DNA of 64,000 nt from Eledone cirrhosa (GCA_964016885.1 OZ024742.1:195610001-195674000), one strand, 5' to 3'. Positions 51,606 to 62,308 are shown, counted from the first letter of the stretch. The notes: a model not told the origin generated them from the sequence alone. Translations and numbers: made by a program.

Positions 51606-52020
51606 TTAGGGAGAAGTGTTTAGACGGGGTCCGTATTTGTTAATGAAGTGAGATTCCTTGCTGATGCGCTGGGTGTGGGTGGCATTATCTTTAAATTTGT
51701 AGAGGGGAAAGATTCTGAAGTTGGGATGATTTTGGGCGGCACAGGTATCAATGTGTTCACTCAGTGGTATTTTCCTGTATTCCCGTATTTTAATTTGGGA
51801 TCTATGGACAGTCATGCGTTGGCGGAGGCTGTTTTTGGTCTGGCCTATGTATTGTTCTCGACAACCTGAACAAGTTAATACATATATTAGATTTTCCGAT
51901 GCACATGTGAAATTGTGTTTTACTATAAAACGTTGTCCATCTTTGAAATAGAATTCCGAACCCTCTATTAGGTTGATGCAAATGCCACAGTTGGGTCTAT
52001 CGCATTTTTTTACTGGTCCC
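51606..52020 (-). pseudogene. PLE GIY-YIG endonuclease C-terminal domain, uninterrupted but 5'-truncated
   Basis: KCDRPNCGIC zinc-knuckle, then NLIYVLTCSGCREQYIGQT..LRQRMTVHRSQI..LSEH..KESHFI...LN. The CxxC between GIY and YIG is Neptune-like. Confidence 0.9.
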
Positions 52021-52166
52021 CCCCCCCCCCCCCCCACACACACACACATATATATACACAAACACATACACACGCGTACATCAACATACAAAGAGACTTA
52101 TACACACACACTTCTCCGTATGAGACAAAAGCTGAAAAATATCTTTTGACCTTCGAATGACTCTGC

Positions 52167-52209
<43 letters not shown>

Positions 52210-52283
52210 ATCTTAATAGCCATTTGACACACATCGCTGCTGGCCATTGTCGCAGCATCGAACACCTTACTACTACTACTACT

Positions 52284-52354
<71 letters not shown>

Positions 52355-52693
52355 CACACACACACACATATTTGTTGTGAAAGAGTCATTTCTCAATCTT
52401 GGCGCAAAACCAATTTTTTATCCACATGACCTCTACCGACCAATCAAAATTGTTTTGACCAATAATTTTTGCTGGAGCCACTTTTTTAACATTTTAACAT
52501 AAAAACAGTCTTGGCGCAAAATCAACTTTTTACATTCACATGACCTCTACCGACCAATCAAAATTGTTTTGACCACAAGCATTTTTGCAACACAAAAATA
52601 ACGCTGGAGCCACTTTTTTAACATAAAAACAGGTAGAATTCCCAAAACTAATCAGATCAGAGCAAACAGCACGGACACTCTATCTCAAAATTA

Positions 52694-52730
52694 TTTTTGA
52701 AAAGCATTTAGAAATGCGCAACCGGTAAAA
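52694..52730 (+). ncRNA. Variant minimal hammerhead-like motif (mirror copy at 50599-50635 on the minus strand)
   Basis: TTT-TTGAAAA-GCATTT(AG)AAATGC-GCAA-CCGG-TA-AAA. Topology and palindromic helix III (ACCGGT) fit, but the core reads UUGAAAA/GCAA instead of CUGANGA/GAAA. Confidence 0.4.
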
Positions 52731-52907
52731 ACTTAAAAACTTAAAACCACAACTGAATACTAACCCATACAATCACTAATACTCTTTTATTCCTAATTAA
52801 ACCATTTTTCAACTGTGAACAATTTGTCAGCATTTTCTATTCCGTTTACCAATATATAATAACTTGTGTGTTACACCTCTATTCTTTTAACTATATATAT
52901 ATATATA

Positions 52908-53338
52908 TATGGTGGCTGCCAACTCGTTTTCGAGTACGGCCACTACTTTATATCCATGTAGGAGAACCCCTACCGATGCGCTGAACGAGTGTGACTTTTT
53001 AGTCCAGCCAGCACTTGACAACTCTGGTACAAACACTACACTTGTGACAATTATTGACACATAGTGCTGGGCCCATGGTACCATGTGACGACAAGTGCAG
53101 AGAGATCTCCAGATATAAAGCAATGCCTGTGCCATGAAGCTTTTATAGTGAGCAAAGGCACTGCACAAAGCCAGTCCCACTCTCTTAACCAAGATGATAT
53201 TTACCAAAAAGAAGAACAAGTCAACATCATTGGATACCATCAGGGTTGCAGGTGTTATATCAGAGTTTTCCTTCTCCTAGAATTCTGCCTTGACAAAGGC
53301 TAAGGGATCATCTCTCCCGGTGATTTTGGATGGCCATA
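52908..53338 (-). mobile_element. Short internally deleted RTE derivative (5' UTR, last zinc finger and tail)
   Basis: The minus strand has TTCTAGGAGAAGGAAAACTCTGATATAAC..GAGAGTGGGA..GCACAGGCATTGC as in the RTE 5' UTR, then HKCSVC..GLKSH.R and GGCCGTACTCGAAAACGAG..GCAGCCACCAT. Confidence 0.75.
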
Positions 53339-53489
53339 TATATATATACATATATACACACATACATATAGCGTCATAATGTCGTAATGCAGACAGCCAG
53401 ACATATAGACAGATATTATAAGGGCGCAACGTTATATCTATATATCTATCTAAAAAGAAAGACTAAGAATAATAGAAAGAGATCGCTAT

Positions 53490-53767
53490 ATCGCCTAATG
53501 CGGTCCCTAGGGCATTGAAAATTTGAAATTGTCTTTGTTCAAAACACTCACAAGACCATAATTATTACATGTGTAAAGTTTGAAAACAATTGTTTGGGTG
53601 GTTCTCGAGTTTTAGGGAGTCAGACAGACAGACAGACAGTCTCTGTTTTAGATATATAGATATATATCTATATATAGATATATATCTAAACTCGAGAACC
53701 ACCCAACCAATTGTTTTCAAACTTTACACATGTAATAATTATGGTCCTGTGAGTGTTTTGAACAAAT
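53490..53767. mobile_element. Head-to-head pair of non-autonomous Helitron-like repeat fragments; a related 5' piece lies at 50372-50427
   Basis: TCTATATATCTAAAACAGAGA..(CTGT)n..ACTCCCTAAAACTCGAGAAC is shared. 53540-53611 is mirrored at 53688-53765. The class is inferred from the 5' TC and the (CTGT)n pattern. Confidence 0.5.
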
Positions 53768-53789
53768 AGTGAACACAGACGCTACGAAT

Positions 53790-54441
53790 GATCAAACTCC
53801 GTATCTCACAAATTCTGGTTTAATGCTCTAACCATGCAGCTATGTGAACTCTGATAACAATTTCTGTCTAGCGTGTGTGTGCCACACAAATGGTGTTGTG
53901 AGGCTGTCGGTGGTGAGTTTGGCTTGCACCCACTGTCATGTCGCCAGAGCGCAGGCCGGTTTCCCCGATGCTGCCCTAAACGCCATATTGAGAAGGAGCT
54001 TGAATGCAGCCGACGTCCCATCACAACTGGAGTCAGCAGGCTTAGACTGCGGAGAAGGCAGGCGCCCCCAACGGGATTACCCTCTTCCCATTCGAAAGAA
54101 AGTAAATCCCTCATCAGGGATGCGACGTGCTGTCATACGTTCTCCGCCTCCAGCTTAGTCACTTCAGCTTCAAACCCCGGTGCTGCGGCCCGAAATGCAG
54201 AAAAAAGGAAGACAAACAAATAGCAGGTATTGTCCGGCCGCTTACTCATTGCACAGGTCACCGTCGTGACTTCAGACGTCCTCGGAACCCGGGCAGCCGA
54301 GCCGAGCTCCACCGTAAAATCGGGACATCAGCAGCCCGTCTGAGGAAGGAGCCACGCAAGGTGGTGTGGCAATTGCAATGTGTGTCACTGGCCATTGTCC
54401 GCGGAAATACCTTTGCAATTTTGTCCACGAGGTGCAGCTGA
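53790..54441 (+). pseudogene. CRE-like non-LTR retrotransposon 3' fragment (zinc knuckle plus RLE endonuclease), frameshifted
   Basis: Joining frames gives GLHPLSCRQSAGRFPR / AALNAILRRSL..VPSQLE.AGL..GRRP / SLIRDATCCHT..GAAARNAEKRK / LQCVSLAIVRGN. Confidence 0.8.
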
Positions 54442-54608
54442 AACCCCACCCCGACCTAGACAGCGAGTCTGTCACCCTCTCCTCTTCCCCTCCTCTTTCT
54501 TCTCATACAGCCAAATTAACCCTTGGTTAACTTTTCCCACTTGTTTGGGGGTTTTTTTTCATTACTTAATTTTGTTTTTATCTTTTTTTTTTAATTTCCA
54601 TCATTGTG

Positions 54609-54822
54609 AGGGCAGTAGATTAGCAGAACCGGTAGAGCGTCGGGCAACATGCTTTGTGGCTTATAGTTACACCTCTTTCCGTTCTGAGTTCAAATCCTGT
54701 CGAGGTTAGCTTTGCCTTTCAACCTTACGGTGTCAATAAAATACTAATAACATACTGGGGTGGATTTAATCGGCCTTCCCCTCTCTCAAAATTGGTGGCC
54801 TTGTGCCTAAATCAGAAACCAA
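54609..54822 (+). mobile_element. Main tRNA-SINE copy
   Basis: TTCTGAGTTCAAATCC..GAGGTTAGCTTTGCCTTTCAACCTTACGG..GGCCTTGTGCCTAAA. Confidence 0.8.
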
Positions 54823-55107
54823 TACGCCCCTGCCACCAAATTGTTGGCCTTATATAACTTCCGTTTGTAAAATGTAAAAAAATAGAGCGCAAATTTGAGC
54901 AGCTTACGTATTTAAATAACATTGCATACAACGTATTGAACTATTTAAGCATTGAATAGCTCTGAAATTCGTAGAGAATGTAGGAGTTTCATAACCTAAA
55001 TTGTACTGTGAACTACTCAGATTTTAATATACCATGTATATAACTAATATTAAGAGCAAACAACAGCTTTGCAATTGTCTACTGCGTCTGTACATACATA
55101 CATACAT

Positions 55108-55138
55108 AAAACTTTGTGAAATTATAAAACCAAAAGAA
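55108..55138 (+). mobile_element. 31-bp extreme 3' end of the R4-like element, embedded in the (CATA)n tail of the full-length RTE
   Basis: AAAACTTTGTGAAATTATAAAACCAAAAGAA matches the reverse complement of 63328-63358 at 30/31 positions. (CATA)n lies on both sides. Confidence 0.75.
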
Positions 55139-55250
55139 CATACATACATACATACATACATACATACATGATGGCTGCCCCCTCGTTATCGAGTATGGCC
55201 ATTGCACAATAAAAAAAAAAAAATAAAAATAAAAAATAAAAAATAAAAAA

Positions 55251-55296
<46 letters not shown>

Positions 55297-55375
55297 GCAA
55301 TAATAATAATAACGACAACAACAATAATAATATACACATTCATATATATATACACACACACGCACGCACATAAGC

Positions 55376-55413
<38 letters not shown>

Positions 55414-55421
55414 GATAGCAA

Positions 55422-58400
55422 CTAACAGTGCTGCGATCGAATGTGGCTTTTTAGCCCAGCCAATGATCCAAAATGTCTTGCACAGAGTCGGCAACCAAAA
55501 CATTTACTGGGAATAGTCGGCTGTGGTTGGAGTTCGTGTACTTTTGCATGTCGCTTGAGTCCTCCTGCTGATTTACATTCTCTACCACATGTTTGGCAAG
55601 CATGATGAGTAGCATCTCCAACAGCAGCCTGGTAGTCAACCACTGGTCTTACTTTATGACTGCGAAGATGACTTTCGAGTCCAGCTTTGCTTAGGCAGAG
55701 TCTCGCACAGACGCCGCATGTCAGAAACATAGGAGGACCCTCGCCGTCTGGAAGTGCAACAGCAATACCCTTCCCCACGTCCCGCTTTACTTTCTCGTGT
55801 GCGATTCGAGATGCCTCAAAGGCAACTTTTCCCTCATATACAGTCTTTCTCCATTTATTACGATCAGCAGCAATATTTTCCCATGTATCAGCAGAGATGT
55901 TAGCGTCTTTCAGAGAGGCCTTCAAGGAATCCTTATACCTCTTTTTTGGTTTATGTGGCGGTCGTTTTCCTTTAACCAACTCTCCATAGAAGAGTTGTTT
56001 TGGTATTCTAGAATCCTTCATCCTGGCAAGGTGACCACTCCAACGGAGTCGCTGCTTAAGCACAAGAGCTTCTATACTGTCACACATAGAGCTTTCCAAA
56101 ATCTCGACATCACTGATGTGGTCCCTCCAGCGAACGCCATGTATCCGTCTGAGACACATCTGATGGAAACGCTCCAATTGCTTAAGGTGGCGTCGATATG
56201 TGACCCAGGTCTCGCAGGCATAAAGAAGACAAGAGAGTACACATGCCCTGTACACCCTTACCTTTGTCCTCCTGCATATGTCTCGCCGACCCCAGAGTCG
56301 CCTTTCTAGCTTTCCGAAAGCATCACTTGCTTTCCTAATCCTAAGTGAGATTTCACTGTCAAGGTTGCCGTATCGATTGACAGTGCTTCCCAGGTAGACA
56401 AACTGATCAACCACTCCAAGTCGTTTGCCATACACATAGATGTTTGGTTCAGTGTACTGCCTACCAGGTGCAGGTTGGTACATGACGACGGTTTTCTTGA
56501 GACTGACAGTCAAACCCAGGGCAGTGCAAGCGTCAGAAAATACATTCAAAATGTGCTGCATATCACTCTCTGTGTGCGCTACAAGATCGCAATCATCTGC
56601 ATACAAGAGGTCTCTTATGACTGATGTAAATACTTTTGTCTTCGCAGCAAAGCGCCTGATGTTAAATATGCTGCCTGAGGTTCGATATCGGATGTAAACA
56701 CCATGCTCGCAATTCCTGAATGCAATACAGAAAACCATTGCAAAGTATATGGCAAACAGGGTCGGTGCTGGAATATCCCCCTGTTTCACTCCATTTTTTA
56801 CTGAGATAGGCTCCGACATGTTACCTCCGACATTAACCCAAGCCTTCATGTCGTCATGGAAAGACCTAACTAAAGCAAGGAACTTATCAGGGCAACCAAG
56901 TTTCTGGAGAACCTTCCATAATGCATCTCTGTTGACAGTATCGAAAGCCTTTGTCAGATCGACAAAAACCTGATACAGATCCAAGCCCTGTTCAATGCAC
57001 TTCTCCTGGAGCTGTCTAGCTGAGAAGATCACATCAGTAGTGCCGCGTCCAACACGAAAACCAGATTGACTTTCAGGAAGGACACAATCTGCAATGTGTG
57101 TCAGCAGACGGTCCAGAAGCACCCTACATAAAACTTTCCCCACGACAGAAAGCAATGATATACCTCTGTAGTTCCCACAATCATTCCTGTTACCCTTTCC
57201 CTTGTACAAGACCACCATTACTGCATCTCTCCAGTCCTCAGGCACGGATTCATTAGCCCATATCCTTCCAAACAGAGAGTGAAGATGTTGCAGGAGTCTC
57301 TCACCACCATATTGTAGGAGCTCAGCATGTATGCCATCCATACCTGGAGATCTTCCACTGTTCAGCTTCGAAATAGCCACTGCAACCTCCACAAGTGTCG
57401 GAGGCTCTGCGAGAGCTACTTTCACAGGACTTTCCGGAATGAGATTGAGGAAATCTTCACTGACGACAGACGGCTGATTCAAAAGATCATCAAAGTGCTC
57501 CCGCCACCTTCGTAGAATTCCCTGTGAGTCACGAAGAAGTTCTTTGCCATCCTTGCTGCGAATCGGTGTCACCAGAGAAGAAGACGGTCCATAAACCTCA
57601 CGCAAGAGACTGTACAACAGCTTTGTGTTATTGCAATCAGACGCAGTTTGTATCTCACCAGCCTTCTCACTCCACCACTGATCCTTCATCTGAGAAAGAC
57701 TCCGCCTAACACGTGATTTTACATCCCTGAGCTCCTCATGCAACGTATTCCTCTCCTGTGGTCTTGCCGTCAAGTAGCGTGACAGAGCGCGCCTCTTATC
57801 AGCCAACAAGTCATCTATATGCACATCTTTCTCATTAAACCAGTCCTGATGTTTTCTCTGCACCAATCCCAGAACACGTCTGCCTACATCATAAACCGAC
57901 TTTTTAAGGGTCGGCCAATCCTCACCAAGATCTGCAGCCTGCATCTCTTCTTCCAATGTCCTCTTCACATTTTTATCCTTAAGACGAGCAGCATTCAATC
58001 TTTTGGGCAGGGCAACACCAGGAGCCCGGATTTTACGTTTGGTGATTAGATTCACTTTTGCGCGTACCAGGCGGTGGTCCGTCCAGCACTCAGCTCCACG
58101 AAGAACACGAACACACCGCACATCCTGTCTGTCACGCATCCTGACTAGGACGTAGTCCAAAAGATGCCATTCCTTAGATGCAGGATGCATCCATGTGGTC
58201 TTGAATTTGTTCTTTTGTTGGAACATGGTGTTGGTAACACACAGATCCAGCTCCTCACACATCTGCAGCAAGAGCATACCATTGCTGTTACACTTTCCCA
58301 CCCCATGCCTTCCGATTACATTCCATGTGTTAAAATCCCTACCCACTCTAGCATTAAAGTCACCAAGCACGATGACTTTGTCTGCCTGAGGGATATTTCT

Positions 58401-58967
58401 TAAAACACCTTTCAAGGCATGGTAAAAGGACAGTTTTTCTTCATCGACAGAATTCATAGTTGGAGCATACACACTCACCAGGGTAGCATATCTTCCCTTG
58501 TCCAGCGGAACTCTCATGGACATAAGACGCTCACTAATCCCCACTGGGAATTCTTCCAATTTATTCACCAGTACAGTCTTAACAGCAAATCCTACCCCAG
58601 CCTCTCTTCTGGTTCCTTCATCTCTTCCTTTCCAGAAGAATGTATATTCTCCACAAAATTCCGTAAGATGACCATCTCCAGCTAACCTCGTCTCAGACAA
58701 AGCCACGATGTCAAGATCGTAACGTCGAAGCTCCTTCGCAACAAGAGCGGTCCTTCGTTCAGGACGCTCCAAAGAATCCCTGTCAAGCACCGTCCGTACG
58801 TTCCAGCAGCCAAGACTAAATGCCCTGTTTGGCTCTATTACAATGGCACGATGACGGGCGGGCCCAGGTTGTGATAACTTGGGGCCCCTGCCCTTATTGC
58901 CAATGATCTTTTTTGTTCCAGAACCCAAATTGGCAATTATCTCGTTTACATTGTTCTGGAACATCAT
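55422..58967 (-). CDS. RTE LINE polyprotein: APE endonuclease, reverse transcriptase and three C2H2 zinc fingers (1181 aa)
   Basis: WNVRT, ALSETRL, SVYAPT, GDFNARVG, LDY and TDH (APE). NYRGISLL, QSGFR, FVDLTKAFD, GVKQG and YADD (RT). CGVC..HLRSH, CQTC..HAKVH and CRLC..HIRSQH (zinc fingers). Confidence 0.97.
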   Translation of the reverse strand: MMFQNNVNEIIANLGSGTKKIIGNKGRGPKLSQPGPARHRAIVIEPNRAFSLGCWNVRTVLDRDSLERPERRTALVAKELRRYDLDIVALSETRLAGDGHLTEFCGEYTFFWKGRDEGTRREAGVGFAVKTVLVNKLEEFPVGISERLMSMRVPLDKGRYATLVSVYAPTMNSVDEEKLSFYHALKGVLRNIPQADKVIVLGDFNARVGRDFNTWNVIGRHGVGKCNSNGMLLLQMCEELDLCVTNTMFQQKNKFKTTWMHPASKEWHLLDYVLVRMRDRQDVRCVRVLRGAECWTDHRLVRAKVNLITKRKIRAPGVALPKRLNAARLKDKNVKRTLEEEMQAADLGEDWPTLKKSVYDVGRRVLGLVQRKHQDWFNEKDVHIDDLLADKRRALSRYLTARPQERNTLHEELRDVKSRVRRSLSQMKDQWWSEKAGEIQTASDCNNTKLLYSLLREVYGPSSSLVTPIRSKDGKELLRDSQGILRRWREHFDDLLNQPSVVSEDFLNLIPESPVKVALAEPPTLVEVAVAISKLNSGRSPGMDGIHAELLQYGGERLLQHLHSLFGRIWANESVPEDWRDAVMVVLYKGKGNRNDCGNYRGISLLSVVGKVLCRVLLDRLLTHIADCVLPESQSGFRVGRGTTDVIFSARQLQEKCIEQGLDLYQVFVDLTKAFDTVNRDALWKVLQKLGCPDKFLALVRSFHDDMKAWVNVGGNMSEPISVKNGVKQGDIPAPTLFAIYFAMVFCIAFRNCEHGVYIRYRTSGSIFNIRRFAAKTKVFTSVIRDLLYADDCDLVAHTESDMQHILNVFSDACTALGLTVSLKKTVVMYQPAPGRQYTEPNIYVYGKRLGVVDQFVYLGSTVNRYGNLDSEISLRIRKASDAFGKLERRLWGRRDICRRTKVRVYRACVLSCLLYACETWVTYRRHLKQLERFHQMCLRRIHGVRWRDHISDVEILESSMCDSIEALVLKQRLRWSGHLARMKDSRIPKQLFYGELVKGKRPPHKPKKRYKDSLKASLKDANISADTWENIAADRNKWRKTVYEGKVAFEASRIAHEKVKRDVGKGIAVALPDGEGPPMFLTCGVCARLCLSKAGLESHLRSHKVRPVVDYQAAVGDATHHACQTCGRECKSAGGLKRHAKVHELQPQPTIPSKCFGCRLCARHFGSLAGLKSHIRSQHC

Positions 58968-58975
58968 TGAATTGG

Positions 58976-59008
<33 letters not shown>

Positions 59009-59035
59009 AGAAAAAAAAAAAAAAAAGTAATAATA

Positions 59036-59070
<35 letters not shown>

Positions 59071-59371
59071 ACACTATTAATAATTATTAATGCACTCGTG
59101 CAATGCCTGTGCGTGACGAATATTTTTAAAGTGAGGAAAGACTGTGCACTGAACCAATCCCACTCTCTGAGCGACAGTAGCTATAACCCGAAAAGAAGAA
59201 AAGATCAACATCATCGGTAACTACTGAGCCGCAGGTTTTATATCGGAGTTAACCCAGTTTCCTGAGATGCCTTCTCCTAGAAGAATACCCTGACATGGGC
59301 TAGGGGTTCTTCACTCCCAGTGGTTTAACTGCGCGATCGGGCATCCAGCCCGATTATTTCTATGTCCCCGC

Positions 59372-59406
<35 letters not shown>

Positions 59407-59813
59407 ACTTATTGACACTTATACGTACGACATACACACACACGCATACATATGCGTGCACACAGCAGCACTCACACACACAACAAACACACACACACGC
59501 TACTCTACTCACTTACACGCACACACACACATATATATATATATATTACCGTCATTACTGATACAAGATTACCAGATTATGTCAACTGTTGACTTTCAAG
59601 AGTTTGTATAGTTGAAGCCGATCGTATTACAACAATTACAACAACAACAACAACAGCGGCATCAAAACATAAAAAAAGGAAGGGAAAAGAAAAAAGAAAA
59701 GGGAAGGGGGAAAAAAAAAAAAAAAAAAGGAGAAAAAAAAGAAAGGAAAAAAAAAAAAAAAAAAAAACTCAAAACATACATACATACATACATACATACA
59801 TACATACATACAT

Positions 59814-59844
<31 letters not shown>

Positions 59845-60268
59845 TCCGGAATCAAGGCAACAATAATATTTTTTTTTAATAAAAATAAAAACACAAATAT
59901 AGAAAAAATAGATTTATATTAAATAAACATGCCGAATTAAACAAATAGAAAAAAATCGAACCCAGCCCAAATCAATTTATTCATAGAATCTTAGATTTTA
60001 AATCAAACAATTGCCAATCCAATACAACATTTTGTATGTACTTCTACGGTTGTATGTCTTTATTAAATTTGTTTGTTGTATTTATTGTTTTACTGAAATC
60101 TAGTTTATTGTTACTAACACATATCGAAAAATATGTTGCGGGGGTGGCGGAGGGGGGTGTTTTGAAATTTAAGACTAAAAAAAATATCTATTATTTTCGC
60201 TTCAAGTGAAACTTGTAAAATTTCATGTTGCTTAGTCGATGAAGAATGCGTTTGTATTCAGTCCTTTC

Positions 60269-60331
60269 TGTCTAACCCATGCTAGCGTGGAAGATAGACG
60301 TTAAACGATGATGATGATGATGATTATGATG
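60269..60331 (+). mobile_element. Tiny 3' end of the B-type RTE with (GAT)n tail
   Basis: GTCTAACCCATGCTAGCGTGGAAGA..GACGT.AAACG(ATG)n is the reverse complement of 29701-29763. Confidence 0.85.
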
Positions 60332-60382
60332 ATATATATATATCCCACCCGTCCCCTCAATCTAACTTATTTGACATTCTTC

Positions 60383-60418
60383 TCTTCTGATGAAGGACTA
60401 GCGTCCGAAACGTTAAGA
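60383..60418 (+). ncRNA. Minimal PLE-type hammerhead ribozyme motif (GUU triplet)
   Basis: TCTT-CTGATGA-A-GGAC(TAGC)GTCC-GAAA-CG-TT-AAGA. Helix I is TCTT/AAGA, helix II is GGAC/GTCC, and helix III is the loopless palindrome ACGT. Confidence 0.75.
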
Positions 60419-61093
60419 CCCTCTTCCTGCTATATCAAGCGTTAACCTAATATATAACTTCATATACTGTACCGATTGTGTTGTTATTTCTGTTTGCATT
60501 TTACACACACACACACACACATATATGAGGCACCGGTGTGCCAGTGATGTTAAGGAGATCGCTTCGCAAACGTCTGGTTTCAGGTTCAGTCACACAGTGG
60601 CTTGACCAATGTCTCGTGGATGATATTTGGTAAAAGGACACTGTGTGGAACCCTGTCATAAATATGTGTGTGTGTGTGAGTGTGTGCATGTGTGCGAATG
60701 TTTGTGTGTGTATGTGTTTACTTTTACTGTTTGTTTATATCCCGACAAAAGGTGATCGATAAAATAAGTACTAGACTTGAAATATAAGTACTGCAGACCT
60801 GTCAAAACTCTCCGCCCGACGGGGAGGTGTCACAGCCACTTTGGTGTAGCTTTTATTATCTAAAACCTCCTCCTCAGTTGGTATAGCTTTCATTATGTAA
60901 AACCTCCACATTTTACCTCATTTCTCCCTTTTGGGACACTTTTCATGGTACTCCCTATTTGGGATTTTGGAGGTAGGCAGGTCTGGTACTGGGCGAGACA
61001 ATATGATCCACGACTAAATCCAGTTAAGATGGTGCCCCAGTCACTAAGTCAATTAAAAGATGAAAAAAAATAATACAATATGTGAAAATCACT

Positions 61094-61581
61094 TCACGTT
61101 TTCTTAACGGTTTCATTCGTTCTTAATTGTTTGTCTTTGTAATAGACATATCTTAGCATTTCACCGGCAGTTGTATTGGAAGAGTCAATCTCTTGGAGAG
61201 TTGAAGGTATTGGGTATGAATGGCGAGTCCACATGTGGACAACCACATTGTTTTCCCATGGTACCACTTGACCAAACAATTTCTCAAGTTCAAACCAGCT
61301 CGGTTTATACATATGTTCTGTGTCTAAATTAATATGCTGGGGATATATTTTAGATAGATAGATTGGTATTTTCATAGAATGAAACCCCCATATATCATTG
61401 TCAAAGTTCTCGTAACTTTCATACCAATATTCCAAGAACTTGGAGTGCCTTTTCGTAAATATTAATCCGTTGCCCACACCTGTGTATTCGTCGATTAGAC
61501 CCATCGTAGTGGTTGGTCGTAGGAAGTTTTCGATAGGTCGTAGAAATAAGATGTCCGGATCAACGTAAATACCACCAGACA
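61094..61581 (-). CDS. Terminal coding exon of a GT32-family DXD glycosyltransferase (alpha-1,4-GlcNAc/Gal-transferase-like)
   Basis: GGIYVDPDILFLRP, GNGLIF..HSKFLEYWYESY, W..HS..IP..L and VVHMW. The acceptor TTCTTCTCTATATATTACAG ends at 61582 (phase 1) and TGA lies at 61094-61096. Upstream exons were not seen in the window. Confidence 0.85.
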
Positions 61582-61611
61582 CTGTAATATATAGAGAAGA
61601 ACAGATGTTTC

Positions 61612-61850
61612 AGATGAGACGAGAATAGATAAGACGAGGTGAGATGAGGGGAATGAGATGAGGTGAAATAAGGTGAGGTGAAATAAGATTGAGTGAGGTG
61701 AGGTGAGATGAGATGAGGTGAAATGAGGTGAGGGGAAATAAGATAGGGTGAGGTGAGGTGAAATAAGATACGGTGAGGTGAGGTAAGATGATATGCGGTG
61801 AGATGAGATGAGGTGAGTTGAAATAAGAGATGGGATGAAGTGAAGTGGTA
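61612..61850. repeat. Degenerate pentanucleotide microsatellite (GAGAT/GAGGT)n in the intron
   Basis: Direct 5-bp periodicity. Confidence 0.9.
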
Positions 61851-61939
61851 GAAGTGGGGGTCTTGATCTTGCCATGTTGCTGTATGTCTTTTGCATGGAC
61901 GGGGAGAGATGGTGTATGTATGTATGTTTGTATGTATAT

Positions 61940-62308
61940 GCGCGGGGACATAGAAATCGTCGGGCTGGATACCCGATTGCGCGGTTAAACCAATGGGAGT
62001 GGAGGACCCCTAGGCTTTGTTAGGGCATTCTTCTAGGAGAAGCAACTCAGGAAACTGGCATAACTCCGATATAAAACCTGCGGCTCAGTCGTTACCGATG
62101 ATGTTGATCTTTTCTTCTTTTCGGGTTATAGCTGTTGTCGCTCAGAGAGTGGGATTGGCTCAGTGCACAGTCTTTCCTCACTTTAAAAAATATCTTCACG
62201 CACAGGCATTGCACGATAGAATTAATTGATAATTATTAATAATGTTATATCGTGCAATGTCCATACTCGATAACGAGGGGGCAGCCATCATGTATGTATG
62301 TATGTATG
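61940..62308 (+). mobile_element. Short internally deleted (bipartite) derivative of the full-length RTE: 5' UTR fused to the 3' terminus
   Basis: 61940-62240 aligns with the reverse complement of 59075-59373. 62252-62308 aligns with the reverse complement of 55150-55208. No coding sequence lies between them. Confidence 0.92.

Larger units (their letters stand above)
50476..52890 (-). mobile_element. 5'-truncated Neptune-like Penelope element (about 52020 to 50476) plus an inverted copy of its 3'-terminal about 830 bp (about 52011-52855) and a about 35-nt tail
   Basis: Arms 50476-51291 and 52011-52853 are reverse complements (mirror ORFs beginning MRNDSFTTNM). A GIY-YIG ORF lies in the spacer. 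(TA)n flanks lie at 50431-50476 and 52892-52910. Confidence 0.85.
55091..59373 (-). mobile_element. Full-length RTE-clade LINE: 5' UTR (59373-58968), single ORF, 3' UTR and (TGTA)n tail
   Basis: The ORF is intact. The 5' start GCGCGGGGACATAG is shared with the derivative at 61940. The 3' end reads GGCCATACTCGATAACGAGGGGGCAGCCATCA(TGTA)n. No TSD was recognised. Confidence 0.93.

Noticed and set aside
59250-59373. HDV-like ribozyme at the RTE 5' end (known for some RTEs); also considered at 62716-62800
   Set aside because: The nested double pseudoknot (P1, P1.1, P3/L3) could not be built by eye. Only simple hairpins are supported.
60236-60250. TCGATGAAGAA resembling a 5.8S rRNA motif
   Set aside because: The match is only about 11 nt and the flanks are unrelated.
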